From contig CAZRVT010000009.1 of assembly GCA_964603505.1 (NCBI GenBank), positions 309 through 64,308 of the forward strand: 64,000 bases of DNA. Reading direction: 5' to 3'. The notes beneath the pieces were generated by a model that was not told where the DNA came from, made no database searches, and saw nothing but the letters and a program-made list of their open reading frames with translations. The translations under genes and the position numbers were made by a program. Shown here piece by piece: positions 57,757-64,000 of this stretch (position 1 is the stretch's first letter; each line of letters begins with the position of its first letter). The stretch comes from an uncultured Holophagales bacterium. Lineage in GTDB: Bacteria > Acidobacteriota > Thermoanaerobaculia > UBA2201.

Positions 57757-59218
57757 CCTCGTCGTCGCCGCGCGGGGCCTCCTCGACCGGGTGGTCCTGC
57801 TGGAGGACGACCAACCCCAGGAGTTCTACCTCGAGTCGAAGGCCGAGCCCTCCCTGGTCGGGAACATCTACAAGGGGATCGTCCAGAAGGTCCTGCCCGG
57901 GATGGAGGCCGCCTTCGTGGACCTGGGGCTCCCGAAGAACGCCTTCCTCTACAAGCGCGACGTCCTCGACGAGTGGCAGGAGTACGCCGACCTGTTCGGC
58001 CCCGCGCCCGCCGCGCCGCCGCGGCGGGCCGCCATCGACGAGATCCTCCGCGAGGGGCAGACGGTCCTGGTGCGGGTGCGCCGGGGGGAGCGGGCCTCCA
58101 AGGGGGCGCGCGTCACCACCGTGGTCACCCTGGCGGGGCGCACCCTCGTCTACCTCCCCTTCAACGAGTTCTCCGGCGTCTCCCGCCGCATCGAGGGCGA
58201 CGCAGAGCGCCAGCGCCTGCGCGACGCCTTGGAGTCGCTGGGCCCTCCGCCGGCGGGGGGCTTCATCGTCCGCACCGCGGCCCAGGGGCTCCCCGCGGAG
58301 GCGCTCGCCCTCGACCGGGACGCCCTCCTGCGGCGCTGGGAGGCCATCCTGCGCCGGGCCGATGCCGTGAAGGCCCCCGCGCTGCTGGAGGAGGAGCTGC
58401 CCCTCTACCTCCGGGTCCTGCGCGACCGGATGGGGACGGAGATCCGCTCCATCACCGTGGACGACCGCGCCGCCCTCGACCGCCTGGCCGCCTTCCTGGA
58501 GGACCCGCCCCACGACCTGCGGCGCCGCCTCCGCCTCTACGAGGGGGCCGTCCCGCTCCTGGAGGACCTGGGGCTCCGGAAGGACCTGGACCGCGCCCTG
58601 GGGCGCCGGGTGTGGCTCAAGAGCGGCGGCACCCTGGTGGTGGACCAGACCGAGGCCCTGACGGCCATCGACGTCAACAGCGGCAAGTACGTGGGGAAGC
58701 GCGGGCTCAACGAAACGGCCCTCAAGATCAACCTCCAGGCGGTCAAGGAGGTGGTGCGTCAGATCCGCCTCCGCGACCTGGGGGGCATCATCGTCGTGGA
58801 CTTCATCGACATGGGCCCGGAGCGCCTGCGGCGCGAGCTGATGGAGGCGTTTCACACCGAGATGAAGCGGGACCGCTCCCGCTCCCGCGTCGAGGCGCTG
58901 TCGGCCTTCGGCCTCCTGCAGCTCACCCGCAAGCGCCTGTACGGCTCCCCCGAACAGACGGCCCTGCGGGAGTGCCCCTGCTGCGGGGGCGCCGGGCGCG
59001 TCCGGTCGGCCGCCCTGCTCGCGCAGGAGGTCTTCGACCACATCGTCCAGGTCCGGGCCTCCGCACCGGGCCGGCCGCTGGTCGTGCGGTGCCATCCCGA
59101 GGTGGTCCGGGAGCTGGAAACGGAGCCCTGGCGCGAGCGGCTGGCCGCCCTCGGGCTCGAGTGGACCGTCCAGCCCACGGAAGGAGAAGAGCGTGAACGC
59201 CACGAGATCATCGCCTGA
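57746..59218 (+). CDS. rng: Ribonuclease G (RNase E/G family)
   Basis: N-terminal S1 domain (GNIYKGIVQKVLPGMEAAFVDLG) and the DNase I-like catalytic region with LTAIDVNSG and IIVVDFIDM. Zn-link CPCCGG. Length 490 aa. Confidence 0.9.
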   Translation: MKVDLVVAARGLLDRVVLLEDDQPQEFYLESKAEPSLVGNIYKGIVQKVLPGMEAAFVDLGLPKNAFLYKRDVLDEWQEYADLFGPAPAAPPRRAAIDEILREGQTVLVRVRRGERASKGARVTTVVTLAGRTLVYLPFNEFSGVSRRIEGDAERQRLRDALESLGPPPAGGFIVRTAAQGLPAEALALDRDALLRRWEAILRRADAVKAPALLEEELPLYLRVLRDRMGTEIRSITVDDRAALDRLAAFLEDPPHDLRRRLRLYEGAVPLLEDLGLRKDLDRALGRRVWLKSGGTLVVDQTEALTAIDVNSGKYVGKRGLNETALKINLQAVKEVVRQIRLRDLGGIIVVDFIDMGPERLRRELMEAFHTEMKRDRSRSRVEALSAFGLLQLTRKRLYGSPEQTALRECPCCGGAGRVRSAALLAQEVFDHIVQVRASAPGRPLVVRCHPEVVRELETEPWRERLAALGLEWTVQPTEGEERERHEIIA

Positions 59219-60191
59219 GCCGGGGCGGCCGACGAAGGCCGAACTCTTGGAGATGCTCCGCGCCTTTGTCGGGCGGCGGGTGGTGGTGTGGGCCGACCTG
59301 GGGGTGGACCGCTACCTCTGGGGCGCCCCCAAGCGGGTCTCCCGCGAGGCCCCCGTCCTCATCCTGGGGGTCCGCCGGGAGTGGTGGGTCCCCGGGGGCG
59401 GCGCCAACGCCGTCATGAACCTCCGCGCCTTGGGGGGGGAACCCGTCCCCGTCGGCGCGGTGGGGGGGGACGAGGACGGCGCCCGCCTCCTGGAGTGCTT
59501 CCGCCGGCGGGGCATCCCCATCCGGCACATCCGGACCGTGCGGGGCTATCGGACCGTCTCCAAAACCCGCGTCCTGGCCGGCCCCGACACCGGCGTGAAG
59601 CAGCAAGTGGTCCGGTACGACCGGGAGGAACCCCTCCCCGAAGGGATGCGCATCGTCCCCGACGGGGCGCTCCGGGCCGACGCCCTCGTCGTCTCCGACT
59701 ACGGTTACCGCGCCGTCGATCCCGCCGCCCTGGGGCGGCTGCGTCCCGGCGTCCCCGTGGTGGTGGACAGCCGGTTCCGCCTTCTGGAGTTCCCCCGCGT
59801 CGCGGCGGTGACTCCCAACGAGGAGGAGGCGGCCCGGGCCGCGGGGCTGGCCATCGCCTCCGACGCCGACGCGGAAGCCGCCGGCCGCCGCATCCTCCGG
59901 GCGCTGAAGGCCGGCACCCTCCTCATGACGCGCGGCTCGCGGGGCGTCCTCCTTATGGAGCCCCGAAAGCGTCCCCACGCCATTCCCGCCCACGGCGACG
60001 GCGAGGTGGCCGACACCACCGGCGCGGGCGACACCGTCCTGGCCGCCTTCACCCTAGGGCTGGCCGCCGGGTTTTCCCCGGGCCATGCCGCGTTCCTGGC
60101 CAATATCGCCGGGGCGCTGAAGGTGCGCAAGCTGGGCACCGCGACGGTGTCGGCCGAGGAACTGCGGCGTGAGATCGACGCGTCCCTCTAA
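59193..60191 (+). CDS. hldE: D-glycero-beta-D-manno-heptose-7-phosphate kinase (HldE domain I / RfaE1, PfkB family)
   Basis: VVVWADLGVDRY, GGGANAVMN and DTTGAGDTV (PfkB signature). Collinear with the E. coli HldE N-terminal domain. An alternative start is MLRAFVG at 59253. Confidence 0.8.
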   Translation: MNATRSSPEPGRPTKAELLEMLRAFVGRRVVVWADLGVDRYLWGAPKRVSREAPVLILGVRREWWVPGGGANAVMNLRALGGEPVPVGAVGGDEDGARLLECFRRRGIPIRHIRTVRGYRTVSKTRVLAGPDTGVKQQVVRYDREEPLPEGMRIVPDGALRADALVVSDYGYRAVDPAALGRLRPGVPVVVDSRFRLLEFPRVAAVTPNEEEAARAAGLAIASDADAEAAGRRILRALKAGTLLMTRGSRGVLLMEPRKRPHAIPAHGDGEVADTTGAGDTVLAAFTLGLAAGFSPGHAAFLANIAGALKVRKLGTATVSAEELRREIDASL

Positions 60192-60651
60192 GATCCTCGC
60201 CCTTGCCGACCTCCCCGCCCTGCGCGAGCGGGCGGAGCGCGAGGGGCGGACCATCGCCTTCGCCAACGGATGTTTCGATCTCCTCCATGTGGGACATGTC
60301 CGCTACCTTGAGGCGTCCGCCCGTGAGGCCGACCTGCTCGTGGTGGCGGTCAACGACGACGACTCCGTCCGCCTCCTCAAGGGGGCCGGACGGCCGCTGA
60401 TGCCGGTGGGGGAGCGGATGGAGATCCTGGCCGCCCTCGCGTGCGTGGATTTCCTGGTGCCGTTTCCCGGTCGGCAGCCCCTGGCCGTCATAAAGGCTCT
60501 CCGTCCCCACGTCCAGTGCAAGGGCACCGATTACACCGTCGAGGCCGTTCCGGAGCGGGAGCTCGTGGAGCGCCTCGGCGGCCGCGTGGCCATCGTGGGG
60601 GACCCCAAGGACCATTCCACGACCGCCCTCTTGAAGAAGATGGGGAAGTGA
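60169..60651 (+). CDS. D-glycero-beta-D-manno-heptose-1-phosphate adenylyltransferase (HldE domain II / RfaE2)
   Basis: FANGCFDLLHVGHVRYLE is the cytidylyltransferase HxGH motif. A ~160-aa separate ORF overlapping the kinase gene's end. Confidence 0.85.
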   Translation: MRSTRPSKILALADLPALRERAEREGRTIAFANGCFDLLHVGHVRYLEASAREADLLVVAVNDDDSVRLLKGAGRPLMPVGERMEILAALACVDFLVPFPGRQPLAVIKALRPHVQCKGTDYTVEAVPERELVERLGGRVAIVGDPKDHSTTALLKKMGK

Positions 60652-60660
60652 TGCACCAGC

Positions 60661-60697
60661 CGTTCGGGGTCCGGCGTTCCGCGTTCCGCGTTCCGCG
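60661..60697. repeat. Heptamer tandem array (CGTTCCG)x3 preceded by a degenerate unit
   Basis: cgttcgg ggtccgg cgttccg cgttccg cgttccg cg, located between the hldE adenylyltransferase and the heptosyltransferase. Confidence 0.85.
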
Positions 60698-60763
60698 CAA
60701 GGGGGGGCGGGACGCTGGACCCCATGCGCCGTGCACGGTACGGCTCTTTATGGGAGGGCGGGG

Positions 60764-61684
60764 GTGAAAGTGGCCGTCCTGCGGCTTTCCGCGTTTGGGG
60801 ACGTCGTCCATGTCCTTCCGCTCTGCTTCGTCCTCAAGCGGGGCCTGCCGAACACCGAGGTCCTTCTGGCCACCGCGGAGCGTAACGCCGTCTGGACGAT
60901 GGACCTCCCCTTCCTCGACCGCGTCCTCGCCCTCCCCGCCGCGCCGGGCGCCACCGCGAAGGTTCTTCGAGCGGAGATTTTGGACGCCCTGCTTGACGCG
61001 CAGGGGCTCTATAAATCGGCCCTCGTCGCCTTCCGATCCGGCGCTTGCCTCCGCGGCGGGTTTGGGTTCGGGGCGTGCCGGGAGCCCCTAGCCGCCCTGG
61101 CCTACCACCGCCACGCCGCGCCGCCGTGTCGGGCGCACATCATCGACAAGAACCTGGCCCTGGCGGCCTTGGCGGGGGTTTCCGACCGTTCGCTGAACGG
61201 CTATTCCCTCGCGGCCGTCGCCGCCGATCCGCGGGGGACGGTGGAGTCATTCCTCCGTTCCCTCCACGGCCGCCGTCCCGCCGTCCTCCACCCCTTCTCG
61301 AGCCGGCGGGACAAGGATTTTCCCCTCGACCCGTTGAAGGCGCTGATACCCTCCCTTCGGGCGAGGGGCTGGGAACCGGTCCTCTCCTCCGGTCCCGGGC
61401 AGGAGCCGATGGCGGAGCAGGCCGCGGCGCACCTCGGTTGCCGCCGGATGCCGCCCCTCGATGTGCGGGAGACCGCCGCCCTGTTGTCCGTTGCCGCCTG
61501 CCTCGCCGCCCCCGACACCGGGTTCCTCCATCTGGCCGACGCTCTGGGGGTCCCCACCCTTTCCTGGTTTACGCGCCTCCCCGCGTGGCGCAACGGGCCG
61601 CGGTTCTCCCGGCACCTCGTCTTCGACCGGATTCCACCGGACCCCCGGACGATGGGGGAGTTCGTGGAGGCGTTGTCGGCATGA
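60764..61684 (+). CDS. Glycosyltransferase family 9 (ADP-heptose:LPS heptosyltransferase-like)
   Basis: GTG start giving VKVAVLRLSAFGDVVHVLP (typical GT9 N-terminus). GGGAGGG RBS 5 nt upstream. C-terminal APDTGFLHLADALGVPTLSWF. Confidence 0.75.
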   Translation: MKVAVLRLSAFGDVVHVLPLCFVLKRGLPNTEVLLATAERNAVWTMDLPFLDRVLALPAAPGATAKVLRAEILDALLDAQGLYKSALVAFRSGACLRGGFGFGACREPLAALAYHRHAAPPCRAHIIDKNLALAALAGVSDRSLNGYSLAAVAADPRGTVESFLRSLHGRRPAVLHPFSSRRDKDFPLDPLKALIPSLRARGWEPVLSSGPGQEPMAEQAAAHLGCRRMPPLDVRETAALLSVAACLAAPDTGFLHLADALGVPTLSWFTRLPAWRNGPRFSRHLVFDRIPPDPRTMGEFVEALSA

Positions 61685-61688
61685 CGAA

Positions 61689-61785
61689 GTTCCTGGTTCC
61701 GAGTTCCGAGTTCCGAGTTCCCCCCGCCCGGGCCGGCTTGGTAGGGTGTTTTGCCCGGAACCAGGAACCAGGAACCCGTAACCGG
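61689..61785. repeat. Inverted pair of heptamer arrays, (GTTCCGA)x3-4 and (GGAACCA)x3, flanking a 35-nt GC-rich spacer; potential long stem-loop
   Basis: Left arm gttcctg gttccga gttccga gttccga gttcc. Right arm ggaacca ggaacca ggaaccc gtaacc is its approximate reverse complement. Lies directly after the heptosyltransferase stop. Confidence 0.8.
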
Positions 61786-61799
61786 CGGGTGGTTGCGGG

Positions 61800-62486
61800 G
61801 TGATCCTTCCCCTGCTCCTCGCCGCCACTGCCGCCGCCCCCTGGGCCGGCGGGGAGCGGCTGGACTACACCCTCCACTGGATGGGGATGCGGGTGGGGAC
61901 GATGACGCTGACGGCCCGGGATGCCGGAGAGAACTGGGCGTTCTTCCTTGCCACCCAAACCGAGGGGGCGGGGGCGAAGATCTACCCGGTCGAGCAGGAG
62001 CTGGAGTCCCTCGTCCGCAAGGCCGATTTCCAGACCCTCTATTTCCGCAAATGGGAGCACAAGCCCGGAAAACCCGAGAAAGAGGGGGAGACCCTCCTGG
62101 ACCTCGAGGGCGGCTGGCTCTACTACCGCGACTTCAAACCCCTCCCCTGGCCGTGCGTGGACACCCTTTCGTTCATCCACCTCCTCCGCCTCTCCCCCGC
62201 GGTCCCCCGCGCCCCGCCCCGGGCCTACGACCGCGGCAAGTTCTACCGCCTCACCCTGCAGGACCAGGGGGAGCGGGAGATCACGGTCGCCGGGCGGCGG
62301 GTCCGGGCCCGCAAGGTGGTCCCGAAGATGGTGGAGGAGGGGGGGAAGAAGCCCCGGAAGGGGAGCATGGTCCTCTGGCTCGGCCCCGGCCCGTCCCGCC
62401 TCCCCCTGCGCATAGATTTTTCCATCCCCCTGGGGACCCTCCGGGCCGAGCTGGCCTGCGAGCCACAGGAGGCCCGGCCTAATTAG
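61800..62486 (+). CDS. Secreted hypothetical protein, DUF3108-like
   Basis: GTG start. Signal MILPLLLAATAAAPWAGG, then a beta-rich region with Trp/Tyr motifs (LDYTLHWMGMRVGTMTLTA...). The family assignment is tentative. Confidence 0.5.
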   Translation: MILPLLLAATAAAPWAGGERLDYTLHWMGMRVGTMTLTARDAGENWAFFLATQTEGAGAKIYPVEQELESLVRKADFQTLYFRKWEHKPGKPEKEGETLLDLEGGWLYYRDFKPLPWPCVDTLSFIHLLRLSPAVPRAPPRAYDRGKFYRLTLQDQGEREITVAGRRVRARKVVPKMVEEGGKKPRKGSMVLWLGPGPSRLPLRIDFSIPLGTLRAELACEPQEARPN

Positions 62487-62677
62487 CGATGGTCTGCTAT
62501 AATGAATGCTGATAGCCTCCAGGAGATATCAATTGTCGAACAATAGGCCACTGACCCCGAATCGTCTTGCGGCCCGTTTGAGTGCCAGTGGCTCGGCCCG
62601 AGGCACCAGTTCCGATGGGGTTGCGCATGGAGCCGCCTGCGGCTACAGGTGTCGAATCAGTTGAAGGGAAACGCTCG

Positions 62678-64000
62678 ATGAACTCGATAAGATCAAGAAT
62701 CCTGTTTATCAGCATCGCCATGTTGTTCACTGAGATATTCCTCATCCGCTGGATATCAACGGAAATCCGTGTTTTCGCTTATGTCAGCAACCTGGTGTTG
62801 TTGGCTTGTTTTATTGGCATCGGGGTTGGTTGCTGCTTCGCGGATCGAAAAGGGTCTTTGCTTTGGAGCTATGGCTTTATAGGCGTATTGGTTTTAGCGG
62901 TCCGATCAAAGGTCTTTGTCAAGATCACCGATTACATTGCCCATTTCTCCGATTCTGTCATTTGGCAGCAAACCAAACCGGAAGACGTCCTTTTGCCCTC
63001 CGTCCTGGGTTTCTTGCTCACGTTAATCATGTTCGGCATAATTGTGGCGGTATTCATCCCCATGGGGCAGATTCTTGGGAGTCTTTTCAATCGCAGCCAT
63101 GAAGCGATCATTGCCTATTCGGTCAACATCGTGGGGAGCATCGCGGGCACATGGCTGTTCGCCCTTGTCGCATACTTCAACGCTCCACCGTGGGTCTGGC
63201 TGGTTCTCGCATTGTTGCTGGGGGCACCGTTGATTTCATGGAGCCGCATCAATGGCTTGGTATTCGCCGGAATTGCGATATCTTCCATCACCGTCATGCT
63301 CGCGCCAACGGTCAGCCGCGTCCTCACCATATGGAGTTCCTATCAGAAATTGGAAGTATACGAAAATACTCTTCCGGGAAGTAAAACGAAAAACGGATAT
63401 GGCGTTCTGGTCAATTCTATAGGCTACATGTGGCTGATTGATCTCTCCCGTACCTTTATGGAGCAACACCTCGGGCGGTATTCACCCGGCGTCAAGGCGC
63501 TATACGAGGTGAATCAGTACGAATTGCCCTTCCTTCTTCATCCTTCGCCTTCCGAAGTGTTGATTCTCGGAGCGGGGGGGGGAATGATGTGGCGGGCGCG
63601 CTCCGGCGGCAAGTCCCTCGGATCGATGCCGTGGAGATTGATGCCGCCATTTATAGGATTGGCCGCCTCTATCATCCGGAAAGGCCGTATCAGCAGCCCA
63701 ATGTGACGGTTCACATTGAGGACGCCCGCACCTTTCTACAGCGGTGCGACCGTCGATACGACGTCATCAGTTTCGGATTGCTGGACTCGCACACACAGGG
63801 ATCAAGCTATAACAACATCCGCCTCGATCATTATGTTTACACGATCGAGGGGCTCCAGAGTGCCAAAGCCCGGCTGAAGCCGAATGGGATCCTGTGTCTG
63901 CTATTCATGGCGGAGCGCGATTGGATCACCCAGCGCCTCTACGGTATGCTGGAAGGTGTGTTTCATAAGCCACCTTTGGTCCTTAGCCTGCCGTCCACCA
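62678..64000 (+). CDS. Polytopic-membrane-domain / spermidine-synthase-like fusion protein, interrupted by a +1 frameshift at a G10 tract (possible pseudogene, phase-variable gene or homopolymer sequencing error); runs off window end
   Basis: The N-terminal ~300 aa is multi-TM. The frame then reads VLILGAGGG (a SAM glycine motif) into a stop at 63706. The +1 frame continues NDVAGALRRQVPRIDAVEIDAAIYRIGRLY...VTVHIEDARTFL...YDVISFGLLDS, which are spermidine-synthase motifs. One extra G in the G10 run would fuse the frames. GC is ~47-50%, far below the window average. Confidence 0.7.
63574..63583 (+). repeat. Homopolymeric G10 tract at the frameshift point of the spermidine-synthase-like gene
   Basis: agcgggggggggg aatgatg. 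11 G would restore a continuous ORF. Confidence 0.9.

Noticed and set aside
57638-59203. 521-aa minus-strand ORF and other long frames over rng
   Set aside because: It is antisense to RNase G.
62487-62677. Possible tRNA or small RNA in the low-GC spacer (contains a GTCGAATC-like T-loop motif)
   Set aside because: I could not fold a cloverleaf with acceptor, D and anticodon arms. It is kept only as a possible structured leader.

Overview
This is a high-GC (roughly 68-70%), gene-dense stretch of a Gram-negative-type bacterial chromosome, with many start/stop overlaps typical of operons. My best guess at the lineage is Acidobacteria, a delta-proteobacterial/Myxococcota-like group or Rokubacteria-like, but this is a guess only. 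All calls rest on reading the six-frame translations for recognisable protein families; most long G/R/P-rich ORFs antisense to real genes were discarded.

Recognisable core genes include purH, an IspB-type polyprenyl synthase, a LolA-like protein, CorA, aconitase A and an NfnAB/SudAB-like oxidoreductase pair. A GATase1 protein, ProS, Hbd, QueA, QueD, a proline dehydrogenase and a TlpA-like thioredoxin are also present. A cell-envelope block runs mreB-mreC-mreD-mrdA-rodA-rng-hldE kinase-hldE adenylyltransferase-heptosyltransferase.

Accessory and unusual content:
1. Both window edges carry low-GC, probably horizontally acquired DNA. The left edge holds an RHS/YD-repeat fragment; the right edge holds a membrane-fused spermidine-synthase-like gene broken by a frameshift at a G10 tract.
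2. A 1234-aa sigma-54 activator heads an operon with an LpxH-like phosphoesterase, a small protein and a THUMP-less ThiI-like PP-loop ATPase.
3. A six-gene fatty-acid-modifying cluster (FAD amine oxidase, DUF1365, two Cfa-type methyltransferases, a delta-9 desaturase, DUF1295) plus a patatin lipase resembles furan/methylated fatty acid (ufa-type) loci.
4. An AmmeMemoRadiSam system has Memo and AMMECR1 fused into one protein and a Tat-signal protein (possibly DUF362) inserted before the radical SAM gene.
5. A zinc-ribbon::pseudopilin-like protein lacking a prepilin leader sits next to a zinc-ribbon membrane protein; a stand-alone GspE_N protein lies elsewhere.
6. A Hanks-type Ser/Thr kinase is followed by a HepT/MNT toxin-antitoxin module embedded between two perfect 511-bp direct repeats. 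Each repeat carries a copy (one 5'-truncated) of a small protein with two Sm-like strand motifs. A third paralog lies next to purH.
7. Heptamer tandem arrays (GTTCCNN family, plus GAAGGCG) recur in intergenic regions, including an inverted pair of arrays after the heptosyltransferase.
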